Shown piece by piece: positions 20,441 through 30,473 of a stretch of 64,000 nt of DNA. The notes beneath the pieces are model-generated. The model saw only the letters and a list, made by a program, of their open reading frames with translations. It was not told where the DNA came from and did not search any database. Made by a program: the position numbers and the translations under genes. Position 1 is the first letter of the stretch; each line of letters opens with the position of its first letter. Source of the DNA: a virus; IMG/VR virus record IMGVR_UViG_3300017973_000001, positions 1-64,000 of that record; one strand, 5' to 3'.

Positions 20441-20866
20441 GTGATGGACGCTCTTGTATATGGACAAGTTAAAAAACTTCAAAAGAAAGTGGATGACTTA
20501 AACGCTAAGTTAGACGCTACTGGTAAGGTTATTGATCTACGTTATGACTTCTCTTTAATCGGTGTGGGCTTAGAGCAGATTATAGACCTAACCATTGGAA
20601 CTAGAACTAATAAAATGGCAGTAAAAAATATTTATGTAAAGGGTGGAACTGACTCAGCAGTAGAGGTAGAAATATTATCTAAGTCTGATAAGGCCACTGC
20701 TTTTTCATTCTACAAAAACGCAGTATCCTCTAACCTTGTGTATGACCAGGTAGACGTTCCATATATTGATGATGATAATAAAGATTCACTTCATGTTCGT
20801 GTCAAAAATATAGGTAAGCTATCCACACCTTTTACTTTACGAATTACTGGAATATCAGCAATTTAG
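20441..20866 (+). CDS. Small virion protein (short coiled coil plus beta domain)
   Basis: RBS AGGAGGT; structural operon. Confidence 0.55.
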   Translation: MMDALVYGQVKKLQKKVDDLNAKLDATGKVIDLRYDFSLIGVGLEQIIDLTIGTRTNKMAVKNIYVKGGTDSAVEVEILSKSDKATAFSFYKNAVSSNLVYDQVDVPYIDDDNKDSLHVRVKNIGKLSTPFTLRITGISAI

Positions 20867-20882
20867 AGGAGGGCGTGGGAAA

Positions 20883-21812
20883 ATGTGGTTTGAAGGGTTT
20901 GTACGTTATTTAGATTTACCTCAAACATTAAATTCATTAATAACAAGTATTCCTCAAGGAGAGTCATCTCCGTATTGGACAATGATTAGCAGTAACATAG
21001 GCACTAAACTGACTGATGACGGTTATGTATGGTATTCAAAAGGTTCAAGTGGTAAAGACAATATTTATATTGGTATGAAAAATGCATTTTACGCAAGTGA
21101 CCAATCGAAGGGTTTTCAAGTATTTGTATATGAAAACTATATACCTAATGTAACACCGGGGCAAAACTCAAACCAACCAGTAGGTTTGAACATGATTAAT
21201 GCAAACATGAATACTATGAATATCTCACTAGGAGGTAGTGACTCTAGTAAATACGGTGTCTTTTACTACCTAAGCGTGACAAGAGACCGAATTATATTAA
21301 CGATAAGGTTCCCGGTATCAATACATGACCGTTTCGTTGATACTACCAATAATGGTTACGCATTAATAAATACTACTTACATGGGTTTAATAAAACGTTA
21401 CAGTGATGAAGCAAACAGTACCGGAGTTACATTAGCTACTACTCATGATGTTAACGCTAATATCTATCTTATTCGTTTATTACGTGGGGCAGATGGGACA
21501 CCTTATCAACAATATTCCCCATCCTATAGGTACTATACGTATGCAACTGATTATAAGAGTTGGGGTGGTGATTTACTAGTAGTGCCTAATGCTCTATACC
21601 TTGAAAATGAAGGTTATCGTGGGGAGTTAGATGGGATGTTGTTTGCTTGTTCGTTTATAAGTTACGCATATTCTATGGGAACACCTATATTTAGTAATGT
21701 TCAAGTAAATGGAAAAGATTATTTACTAATTACGAGAAGTAATTCAGAACAAGGTCAACAAGATAACTTTAGTGCCGGTGGCCAGTATGTAATGTTAATA
21801 GAAAAGAAATGA
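20883..21812 (+). CDS. Virion fibre-like structural protein, paralog 3
   Basis: KSWGGDLLVVP...EGYRGELDG; N-terminus similar to 21822. Confidence 0.65.
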   Translation: MWFEGFVRYLDLPQTLNSLITSIPQGESSPYWTMISSNIGTKLTDDGYVWYSKGSSGKDNIYIGMKNAFYASDQSKGFQVFVYENYIPNVTPGQNSNQPVGLNMINANMNTMNISLGGSDSSKYGVFYYLSVTRDRIILTIRFPVSIHDRFVDTTNNGYALINTTYMGLIKRYSDEANSTGVTLATTHDVNANIYLIRLLRGADGTPYQQYSPSYRYYTYATDYKSWGGDLLVVPNALYLENEGYRGELDGMLFACSFISYAYSMGTPIFSNVQVNGKDYLLITRSNSEQGQQDNFSAGGQYVMLIEKK

Positions 21813-21821
21813 GGTGATTAG

Positions 21822-22733
21822 ATGTTCTTTAAGGGAAACTGTTTTGCTTCTGACTTCCCTAAAATTGTAAGGGATTGTATTTTAACTAATGATCCAAATA
21901 CGGGAGCTCCTTTTTGGCAGATGGTCAGTTCAAATGTTGGTACATCAACTTCTGATGATGGTTATGTATTTCAATCTACCGGTACTAACGGCTCAAGGAA
22001 CATTATTATTGGGATTAAAAGTGAGGTAAACGGTTTCTATGTTGCCCCTACTTCCTTATCTGGAGGATTTACAGTATTTGTTTCAAACAATTATACACCT
22101 GGTACTCCTGGTACTAACGGTAAATTTGGAAATGAGTACTTCGTTGACGGTACCTCTTTTATATATAATAACAATTTCAATAGGTTTATTTTTAATACTT
22201 TACAACTAAGTTATTACGTTAGCGTGAAAAAAGATAGAGTTATAATTGCGTACACTAATAATATTGTAGATACAAATAATAATAGAACAAATGTTATCTA
22301 TATGGGAGCTCCTACGTGGGTTAAGGACTTTTCAGCAGATGGTAATATTTTAGGTATGACTAGCTCCCAATCACTTACAAGTAATGGTTATGTAAGGATG
22401 ACAAATAGTTATGTACTTAATCCATCTACTGCAAATCAAGAAAAAGTTCCTATCCTTACAAATGATCCAAGACCTTCCGGGTGGGGGAGTTACCTATACC
22501 CTCAACCAATTTACATAAGGGGAAATAATGGAGGCATTAGAGCTAAATTAGATGTTTATTTACTTAATAATAACTATCCAAATAGTGTTTTAAGGCATGG
22601 AGATAGTTTGATATTTAATGGTATAGAGTACCATGTACATGGATTATCCTACCAGTTTTCACCGGTAAACTTATACAACAATTTAATTAACATAAATCAC
22701 GCTAACTTTATGATGTTAATTCCTAAAGATTAA
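21822..22733 (+). CDS. Virion fibre-like structural protein, paralog 4
   Basis: FWQMVSSNVGT..DDGYV, VKKDRVII, SGWGSYLYPQPIY...GGIRAKLD. Confidence 0.65.
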   Translation: MFFKGNCFASDFPKIVRDCILTNDPNTGAPFWQMVSSNVGTSTSDDGYVFQSTGTNGSRNIIIGIKSEVNGFYVAPTSLSGGFTVFVSNNYTPGTPGTNGKFGNEYFVDGTSFIYNNNFNRFIFNTLQLSYYVSVKKDRVIIAYTNNIVDTNNNRTNVIYMGAPTWVKDFSADGNILGMTSSQSLTSNGYVRMTNSYVLNPSTANQEKVPILTNDPRPSGWGSYLYPQPIYIRGNNGGIRAKLDVYLLNNNYPNSVLRHGDSLIFNGIEYHVHGLSYQFSPVNLYNNLININHANFMMLIPKD

Positions 22734-22746
22734 GGGGGAGGATAAA

Positions 22747-24066
22747 ATGGTTTATTTTACTGGACGTGTACTAATATCTGATTTAATACAGACTATGTAC
22801 GATAATATTAATTCAACTGGTTTATGGCAAATGACAAAAATACCTAAAGGTTTGACATATAAGAATGGAGGAAATGGGGTTGAGGTAATTGATAACATTA
22901 AAACTCAAGTAATATCCCAATCTAATGGTAACGGTAGTTATTATGCTTACCTAGCTTTCGCTAAAGATTATTCGACAGGTTTTATGGTATATGCATCTTA
23001 TCCACCAGGTCACCTATACAGTTATATTATATATGATTTTGGTATAACGAATGACGCTTCAGCGATACCTCAGCAAAAAGTAGTGGATATGTATTCTATA
23101 CGTACATGGTGGGATGATGAAAATAGAATTAATACATATACTGGTACACCTACCGGTTGGACTTTATATGGTTCAAATGACAATAGCACATTTACTCAGT
23201 TGCATAAAGTAGCTGGTCAAACTGGATGGACTTACGGAGAAAGAAGATTTTTCCGATTCATTAATACAACGGCATACCGTTATTATAAGTTAACTATAGA
23301 TACTACGTCAGACGGTACTTTTGGTCGTTTATCTCAGATAGAGTTTTATAATTCGAGTGATACTACTACTGGTGGATTCTTTTTGAAATCGAGTGGTAGT
23401 AGTAATACAGATGATATAAACCTCTATATCAATTCTTTAAATACTCATTGTACAACTGGTAATATGTTAGAAATTGGTACAATGACAAGTTTTAATCCAT
23501 CTACACTTGTTTCAACAGATTTTATGGGTAATTTACATTCGTTAACGGCTACAATGTCAGCTTTAAACTACACAAAAAATGTCTACGTTACTTACCATAT
23601 AGACGTTACAAAAGACCGTATATTTTTTAATACGAGCTTAGATCAGAACGCAAACTCAGCTACTTCATCTTGTTGTTATTTAGGTTTAATGAAGCGACAT
23701 TCATTAGAAACTGATAGTACTGCCGTGACAACCTTAGCCGGAGTTTTAGGTACTAACGTAACTAATCCGATATATGTCCTTAGAGATAAAGCTAGAACAC
23801 CGTATAAGAAATACACACAAAAGACAATTACACCAACATATTCACCTTCTATTTGGGGAAACCAGGTATTCGTTTCACCTATTTTTCTTGAAGGTGATTA
23901 TGAAGGTATCCGTGGAGAGCTAGATGGAGTATATACTTCATTAGGTACAAACTTAGTAGATCAAGATGAGATTATTATTGGAAATGTTCGATACAAAGTA
24001 TTTGTAATGGGAGCTCAAACTTATACGTCTTTCCCTAACAAAGTAGCAATAATTAAACTACCTTAA
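22747..24066 (+). CDS. Virion fibre-like structural protein, paralog 5, with inserted F5/8 type C (discoidin) domain
   Basis: PTGWTLYGSND...AYRYYKLTI insertion; VTKDRIF; SIWGNQVFVSPIF...EGIRGELDGV. Confidence 0.7.
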   Translation: MVYFTGRVLISDLIQTMYDNINSTGLWQMTKIPKGLTYKNGGNGVEVIDNIKTQVISQSNGNGSYYAYLAFAKDYSTGFMVYASYPPGHLYSYIIYDFGITNDASAIPQQKVVDMYSIRTWWDDENRINTYTGTPTGWTLYGSNDNSTFTQLHKVAGQTGWTYGERRFFRFINTTAYRYYKLTIDTTSDGTFGRLSQIEFYNSSDTTTGGFFLKSSGSSNTDDINLYINSLNTHCTTGNMLEIGTMTSFNPSTLVSTDFMGNLHSLTATMSALNYTKNVYVTYHIDVTKDRIFFNTSLDQNANSATSSCCYLGLMKRHSLETDSTAVTTLAGVLGTNVTNPIYVLRDKARTPYKKYTQKTITPTYSPSIWGNQVFVSPIFLEGDYEGIRGELDGVYTSLGTNLVDQDEIIIGNVRYKVFVMGAQTYTSFPNKVAIIKLP

Positions 24067-24079
24067 TGGGGGGAGTAAA

Positions 24080-25903
24080 ATGCCTAGAGATTTATTAACG
24101 TATGGGACAAGTGGATTTAGTATTACGCCTTTTATATACAGTGATCCAAAATTCATAGATACAAGTAAGGGTGCTATCACTTGGAATATACGTAAAAGTC
24201 AGAAAATGGATTTATCCGGTGGTACTGGAGGTAGAGGAAATCAAAATACGTACACTGCACCTAATGGGGTAACTGTAAAATCTAGTATTACCACTTACAA
24301 TGCTCCCCCTAACTATTATATGGAGTATATGTTTAATAACTCTATTCAAACATCTGTAAATCTATATAATCAAATGTTTTTAGCTAATGGTACTAATGGA
24401 ACAATTATAATCGATTTTACAAAATACTCCAATTATGCCGGTGTAAGTAGGATTGATTTTTACCCATTTGCTCGTAGCGATTGTTATGCAACAATAACAG
24501 TAGAAATATCAAATGATAATACAAATTGGTACCCAGTGAATACATTTAACGTACCTTACGCTAACGCTAGTAACGTAGGTACTTTCTTTACAGTCAATCT
24601 AAATCAGAGAATAAATTATGTAAGATTTAACTATAGTGGCGTAAATAATTACATGACTATGGATGAGATAGTGGTTTATGAAATGTTAGGTGACTATATT
24701 TCTGCTCCCCCTAACTTAAATCAATGGTATTATACTTACAATCAGCCGATTAATTTATCTAATAGTGAATTTTTAAATGGTTTCCAAATTACCGAAGAAA
24801 AACCAAGTGGTACAGATATTAGATATTTACTCAGTTTTGATGGGGGAGCTAGTTTCGTGAGGTATGATAGTGGTAATGATACACTCATTAATACCGACCA
24901 AAAAATTCCGATAAATGACGGGACTCCGTATCAAAATAATATCCAGTATAATCAAGTCAATGGTTATCTAATCGATAAAGCGTTTGATGGTGATTTCGAT
25001 AGCTATTTTTATAATACTTATACTAATCCAGTTAGCTTTAAGTGTGGGAAAGATTTCGGTACTCCTGTTTTTATAAATGGCTTAAATGTTTTTCAAGATA
25101 ACTCATATTATGCAAGTACTATAAATTTATTCGGCTCTAATGATGGGACAAATTGGACACAAGTAGGTTCGACAAATATTCTAATACCACAGTCGTTTAT
25201 AGGTGCTTATGTTTCTTCAGTTAATAATATTAATACTAATAAGCCCTACAGATATTGGGCATTTTCCGGAAGTGGATTTCCGTCAAACTATCTGCGTATT
25301 AAAGAAATAAAGTTTTACGGATACAATGCTACTAATGGGTTTTCAACAGTAAGTAGCGCTGACTATGGCACAAAAGGAATGACATTGGATGAACTACTTG
25401 CTATACCACAAACTACTTTAAGCACATTTAAAAACTGTAGTGTATCTGTTATGGTTCTTATGAATAGCTATAGCGGTAATGTACCCAAGGTTACTAATCT
25501 AAAATTAGATATTATTGCTAAGTCCCCACCTACTTTCACGGGATTACCTGGTGCAAGTGTATTTAAACGTAACATACAACAACTAGAAATTAGCCCAGGT
25601 CCAGTAGATAAGAAATTAACACCACGTTATCAACCAGGCAATATATCTATATGGTATCAAGGTATATCTGTATTTAAAGCTAATATAAAAATATTAGATA
25701 TATTTCTTAGTAATGGTGGAACTCCGTTAAGACGGCCAACGAAAACTTATTTTGGGATACAGTACGGAGTAGGGTGGGTGGTTACGCCACCATTTAGACC
25801 TCGTATCTACCCGGCATACTGGCACTCAGCTATTTGGAATGGTCAAAAGACAAATGACCAACCTCAGTATGATCCTAATAATATAACACCACCAACGACA
25901 TAA
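24080..25903 (+). CDS. Receptor-binding/adhesin protein with two discoidin-like (F5/8C) domains
   Basis: VEISNDNTNW...YVRF and KAFDGD...GSNDGTNW...YRYW motifs; last gene of the structural operon. Confidence 0.7.
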   Translation: MPRDLLTYGTSGFSITPFIYSDPKFIDTSKGAITWNIRKSQKMDLSGGTGGRGNQNTYTAPNGVTVKSSITTYNAPPNYYMEYMFNNSIQTSVNLYNQMFLANGTNGTIIIDFTKYSNYAGVSRIDFYPFARSDCYATITVEISNDNTNWYPVNTFNVPYANASNVGTFFTVNLNQRINYVRFNYSGVNNYMTMDEIVVYEMLGDYISAPPNLNQWYYTYNQPINLSNSEFLNGFQITEEKPSGTDIRYLLSFDGGASFVRYDSGNDTLINTDQKIPINDGTPYQNNIQYNQVNGYLIDKAFDGDFDSYFYNTYTNPVSFKCGKDFGTPVFINGLNVFQDNSYYASTINLFGSNDGTNWTQVGSTNILIPQSFIGAYVSSVNNINTNKPYRYWAFSGSGFPSNYLRIKEIKFYGYNATNGFSTVSSADYGTKGMTLDELLAIPQTTLSTFKNCSVSVMVLMNSYSGNVPKVTNLKLDIIAKSPPTFTGLPGASVFKRNIQQLEISPGPVDKKLTPRYQPGNISIWYQGISVFKANIKILDIFLSNGGTPLRRPTKTYFGIQYGVGWVVTPPFRPRIYPAYWHSAIWNGQKTNDQPQYDPNNITPPTT

Positions 25904-25934
25904 AAAAGAGGCGACTAAAATAGTCGCCTTTTCT
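25902..25934. terminator. Bidirectional terminator between convergent genes
   Basis: AAAAAAG-AGGCGACTA-aaa-TAGTCGCCT-TTTC. Confidence 0.8.
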
Positions 25935-25936
25935 TA

Positions 25937-26785
25937 TTATATAAAAGCTTGTAGTACTGCTTGAGATTTCTTACTAGTTTGGATTTTAGTATAAATTTTA
26001 GTTGTATCAGTTTTAGAATGTCCGGCTAAGTCCTGGATAGTTAATACATCTACATTATTTTCAGCTAATGTTGTACAAAAAGTATGCCTAAATTTATGTG
26101 GTGTGATTTCAGATTTATCAAGACCGGCTTCATTTACATAATTCTCTAAAGTTGTATTTACATGTCTAAGGCTTATGTGGTCTTTGTGTCTAGGTGACGG
26201 GAATACATATGAACTCTTATGACTATCTAGATGAGCTCTTAAAACTTTCACTAATTGAGGGTGTATTGGAATTAATCTTTCTTTATTTCCTTTACCTATA
26301 ACATACATATGGGCTTTGCTTACTTCATCAATATGAATATCTTTTCTTTTTAATGTACACAACTCACTTCGTCTAATTCCAGTATAGTAAAGTGTTTTAA
26401 TCATAGCTTCATGATTTAGGCTTTTAATTACTCTAAATAATTTATTTACATCATTTTCTGAAATAGGTTTAGGTATGCGCTCCCCAACTCGTCCACTCTC
26501 TACATCTACTGCCGGGTTAAAACCCATTTTACCCTCTTTAACTAAGAATCTATAAAAAGTTTTTATACCGGATAAGGCTCTATTTTTAGAAGTAACTGCT
26601 TTTTGTAACTGACGGATATATTCACTAACATCTTTATATGTAACTTCTCTAAAATCTTTTTTAACAAAAATCTCGAAAGCTTGAATGTCTAATGTGTAGT
26701 TATAAGTTGTATGCTCAGATAATTTTCTCTCATGTTTTAAATACCCTAAAAATTCCTCTATCATTATTTCATTTTGTTTTCCCAT
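25937..26785 (-). CDS. XerC/D-like tyrosine recombinase
   Basis: SAM-like N-terminal domain; catalytic R (GIRRSE), K (GKGNKER), HxxR (PHKFRH), H (LAGH), Y (TKIY) all intact. Confidence 0.92.
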   Translation of the reverse strand: MGKQNEIMIEEFLGYLKHERKLSEHTTYNYTLDIQAFEIFVKKDFREVTYKDVSEYIRQLQKAVTSKNRALSGIKTFYRFLVKEGKMGFNPAVDVESGRVGERIPKPISENDVNKLFRVIKSLNHEAMIKTLYYTGIRRSELCTLKRKDIHIDEVSKAHMYVIGKGNKERLIPIHPQLVKVLRAHLDSHKSSYVFPSPRHKDHISLRHVNTTLENYVNEAGLDKSEITPHKFRHTFCTTLAENNVDVLTIQDLAGHSKTDTTKIYTKIQTSKKSQAVLQAFI

Positions 26786-26918
26786 AACATTCTCCCTTTA
26801 TTATGTGCTTTGGTTTATATTGTACAACCTATGTTTTTCAAAAACAACTAGTAAAATTCGACAAATTTAATTGTTACTAACCTTCATTCGTATAAGAGAA
26901 AGTGGAGGGGTGTCTGCA

Positions 26919-27953
26919 ATGGATAATGAAAAACTTTACTTAGAGCTAGAAAATAAGGAAGAACAATTCCTTTATAATGAAGGATTTAATAAAGGATTTA
27001 CAATGTTTCACAAGAAAGTTGCTCGTTGCCTTCTTCTTTCATCTAATTCGAAAATCCTATATCAATTATTACTTTCTTATGCAAAAGGTGGGGGTGGGGA
27101 AAGTTTCCCTTCTCATGCAAGATTGATGTTAGAGCTAGATTGGACAAAACCTACATTACTAAATTATATGAAAGAACTTGAAGATAAAGGGTTTATCCTT
27201 ATTCAAGCTAACTCCGGTTATGCTAACCATTACTTGTTTCCAATGTTACATAAGAATGGCACTATTCTTCATTCAGAAACCCTTTTTATGATACAGAAGA
27301 AATTACTTAGTAAATACAGTGGGTTAAACTTCCAAAAGTTACTGAAGAAGTATCGTGAGTCTGAGCATTTTAAAGTAGTAGTTAGTCAACCTGAGCTTAG
27401 GGTAACGATTGAAAGTTGGTTCACAGATGAGATCGAAGGTATTCAACCGAAGATAGATACTCAACTTTGTTATATGCACGGTGTTGAGCCACCTAAACCT
27501 AGCCGTAGAGTAGTTTCATATGGTGATTATAACGTAGAACGTTCTAACAGTACTGATGTTAAGGCACCAAAGAAGAAACAAGCAAATTATTTAGAAACTT
27601 CTATAGATGATTGGAACACTGTTCATTTCCATGAGTACTTCAGTCATTTGTATAAAGAAAAATACAATCTTCCATATATGCCTAAAAATATGATTCAAGA
27701 TCGTTCTGCTCTGAAGGTATTAATTGAACTATATAACGACAATAAAATGCAATTAAAAGAACATATGGAGACTTTCTTTAAATCTGACGTATTTAAACAC
27801 AAAAAAATAACCGTGTTTAGATCAGCATGGGTACAACAAAAGTTAAATGAACTAAAAAATGGTAGCAAAAATACTTCTTCTAAAAAATCATCTGAGATAG
27901 GTGACTCAGCTTATGATGAGTGGTACAACTCACTAGGATTGGGGGAGGACTAA
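26919..27953 (+). CDS. Phage replication initiator (N-terminal winged HTH)
   Basis: Likely start ATG 26919 after GGAGGGG; LYQLLLSYA...SFPSHARL...ELEDKGFI; directly upstream of the loader. Confidence 0.7.
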   Translation: MDNEKLYLELENKEEQFLYNEGFNKGFTMFHKKVARCLLLSSNSKILYQLLLSYAKGGGGESFPSHARLMLELDWTKPTLLNYMKELEDKGFILIQANSGYANHYLFPMLHKNGTILHSETLFMIQKKLLSKYSGLNFQKLLKKYRESEHFKVVVSQPELRVTIESWFTDEIEGIQPKIDTQLCYMHGVEPPKPSRRVVSYGDYNVERSNSTDVKAPKKKQANYLETSIDDWNTVHFHEYFSHLYKEKYNLPYMPKNMIQDRSALKVLIELYNDNKMQLKEHMETFFKSDVFKHKKITVFRSAWVQQKLNELKNGSKNTSSKKSSEIGDSAYDEWYNSLGLGED

Positions 27954-28661
27954 ATGGGCCCATACCAGGAGTGTACTAACTGTATAGCTATTAAATGGTG
28001 TAAGAAATACACTGGTGAAATTGAAGTTAAACCTTATCCGGATTGGTGCTCAGCCCATTTTAGATTAAATAAAGCGATTGAATTATCTAACATACCTAAA
28101 CGTTACCATAGAGCAAATCTACATGAGTGTAGGGTGGATGATGATAATAGAGAAGCTATAGAAAAATTAAAGCCTTACTTTAATAATATTGTCCCCACTT
28201 TTGATGGGGGTAAGAACTTCCTAATTTTCGGAGAAAAGCCTGGGACGGGGAAAACTTATTTAGCGACAACGTTATTAAACCAATACATATATAAAACATG
28301 CCTTACTAATAAGTTTGACTTTGAGAATCCACTTGCTTACTCAGTTAACTACAGTGATCTAATGGACTTGCTCCGTTACCAACACAGTGAGGAAGAAACG
28401 GAACAATTAATGAAAAAGGTAATGAATACGCCAGTATTATTACTTGATGATATAGCGAGTGGTACATCATCTAACTTCACTGTAGAGCAAACCTATTTAA
28501 TTATGAACCACCGTTTTAATAATAATTTAAGTACCGTAGCAACGACTAATATTACTCTGAAGAATTTAGGGGGGTTATTTGGCGCTAGAAGTATGTCTCG
28601 TTTATTAGCTAATTGTGAGATTGTGAAGCTAGAACACGGGAAAGATAGGAGGTTTATATAA
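27954..28661 (+). CDS. DnaC/IstB-like helicase loader ATPase
   Basis: Walker A GEKPGTGKT, Walker B LLLDD, ATTN, SRL. Confidence 0.9.
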   Translation: MGPYQECTNCIAIKWCKKYTGEIEVKPYPDWCSAHFRLNKAIELSNIPKRYHRANLHECRVDDDNREAIEKLKPYFNNIVPTFDGGKNFLIFGEKPGTGKTYLATTLLNQYIYKTCLTNKFDFENPLAYSVNYSDLMDLLRYQHSEEETEQLMKKVMNTPVLLLDDIASGTSSNFTVEQTYLIMNHRFNNNLSTVATTNITLKNLGGLFGARSMSRLLANCEIVKLEHGKDRRFI

Positions 28662-29914
28662 TGCTAGAAGAATTACAGTTTATTAATCTATGGCTGAAGC
28701 AAAAAGACCCCTATCTAATGCAAAAGCACACAATAGATAAAACATACTTTGTCGTATTAAATGACATTGTTACCTGGGTTGAGGAGTTCCGTGATGAGCA
28801 TAAGATACTTCCATCACTAGATACTGTTGCTAAAAAGTTTGATGATTTCCGTGAATTGGACGACCTAGAGAATGTTAACTATGTTGTAAACGTACTTAAA
28901 GAACAAAGAGCATATATGGATTACCGACCTGTATTAACGTCCAATGCTGAAATGCTGAGGGATGGCCATACGATTGAAGCCATGAGTAAAATGCGTGGTG
29001 ACATTGATAGCCTACTGAAGAAATTTACGGGGCAAATTACTAAGTATGACTGGATTAAAAACTCTGCTGAACGTTATTTAAAGTACCTAGAAAAGCATGG
29101 GAAAGAAGGGTTAAGTGGAATCACTACGGGAATCCCGGAATTAGACGATATAACGGGTGGATGGAAAGAAGATGACCTTGTTCTGCTAGCCGGGAGGACG
29201 AATGAAGGTAAAACGTTTATTGGTCTCTATGTAGCGTATAAAGCCTGGTTATCATTTAAGAAAGCCGGTATCACTGATCCAGTAGTTTATATCAGTACTG
29301 AAATGCCTGAGCTAGAAGTTGCTTATCGTCTTGATACTTTAAGGTCTCATTTTAGTAACCGTGAATTAAACGAAGGTAAACTTAAAAATGCTGAATTGTA
29401 TAAAGAGTTTCTGGAAGGATTGGAGAAAGAGGACACTAGTTTCTTAATTCTTACTCAAGAATCTAATGGTGGAAGGCAGTTCACACCTTCAGATATTAGA
29501 GCCATGATTGAAAGAGAACGACCAGGTTTACTAGTAATTGACCAGTTGTATGACATAAGTGATGGTACAAGTGAAAAAGATATTCGTAAACGAATTGTGA
29601 ATGTATCTAACCAAATTCGTGAAATTAATCTATACACTAAAACACCTACTATTCTACTTGCTCAAGCTTCAAGGGAGTCAGCAAAAGAGGCCAAGAAGGA
29701 TAAGAACGCTTCACCGGAACTTCATAGTATTCAAGAATCAGATAATCCGGCTCAGAAAGCTACAAGGGTTGTTACAATGCGTAAGATAGATGATGTATTT
29801 AAGTTGTCGATTAAGAAAAACCGTGGGGGTCCAAAAGATAAAGATGTATTCTTACGAGCTGACTTAGATCGTGGGATATTCGAACCATTAACTGAAGATG
29901 AGATGGCATTTTAG
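28661..29914 (+). CDS. dnaB: DnaB-like replicative helicase
   Basis: TGIPELD...LAGRTNEGKT, STEM, VIDQL, LAQASR, KKNRGG. Confidence 0.92.
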   Translation: MLEELQFINLWLKQKDPYLMQKHTIDKTYFVVLNDIVTWVEEFRDEHKILPSLDTVAKKFDDFRELDDLENVNYVVNVLKEQRAYMDYRPVLTSNAEMLRDGHTIEAMSKMRGDIDSLLKKFTGQITKYDWIKNSAERYLKYLEKHGKEGLSGITTGIPELDDITGGWKEDDLVLLAGRTNEGKTFIGLYVAYKAWLSFKKAGITDPVVYISTEMPELEVAYRLDTLRSHFSNRELNEGKLKNAELYKEFLEGLEKEDTSFLILTQESNGGRQFTPSDIRAMIERERPGLLVIDQLYDISDGTSEKDIRKRIVNVSNQIREINLYTKTPTILLAQASRESAKEAKKDKNASPELHSIQESDNPAQKATRVVTMRKIDDVFKLSIKKNRGGPKDKDVFLRADLDRGIFEPLTEDEMAF

Positions 29915-30134
29915 CGAGAGGAGAGATATAATGATTAGTTACCGTATTATGTATTCACTTGACGGAGAAGAAATAAATGTAGGATTTATAAAAGTTAGTT
30001 CGGATGACATTGGTAAAATTATTGAAGTTGCAGTAAATTATATTAAAGGCGAACAAAAAGCGAACGCTACATTAGAACTTAAAGCGTTCAGTTTTCTGAG
30101 ACTGGGTGAAGAAAATGAATCCAACTTGTCTTAG
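29898..30134 (+). CDS. Hypothetical protein (probable start ATG 29931)
   Basis: RBS GAGGAG upstream of 29931. Confidence 0.5.
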   Translation: MRWHFSERRDIMISYRIMYSLDGEEINVGFIKVSSDDIGKIIEVAVNYIKGEQKANATLELKAFSFLRLGEENESNLS

Positions 30135-30351
30135 TTGTGATTATATCAACGATTGTAGCAAAACGATAAAAATTAACAATGAATCAGTCTTAGCAAAAAA
30201 GCAAACATATGTTTTTATGAATTGCTTATATGTTGTGGAGGATTTATGTAGGGACTGTAAGTTATTTAAGGAAAAAAAGTGTGCTAGTTGGTACATCACT
30301 AAGGGTAAAAAGAAAAATGGGAAATTGGTATCTTGTCCAAAAAGAGTCTAG
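30106..30351 (+). CDS. Cys-rich hypothetical protein
   Basis: Two CxxC...C clusters. Confidence 0.5.
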   Translation: MKKMNPTCLSCDYINDCSKTIKINNESVLAKKQTYVFMNCLYVVEDLCRDCKLFKEKKCASWYITKGKKKNGKLVSCPKRV

Positions 30352-30473
30352 TTAGTTATATTCTTTCTTAGTTAATTTTAATTTTTTTCTAATAGTCCAT
30401 TTAATAATGTCGAAAAATATTATAAAATATAGAAAACACCAAAAAATCAAACAACATAGCAAAGAGGTATAGT

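Noticed and set aside
20883-25903. Diversity-generating retroelement or invertible tail-fibre cassette beside the recombinase
   Set aside because: No reverse transcriptase, no TR/VR pair and no inverted cassettes seen; all paralogs are co-oriented and highly diverged
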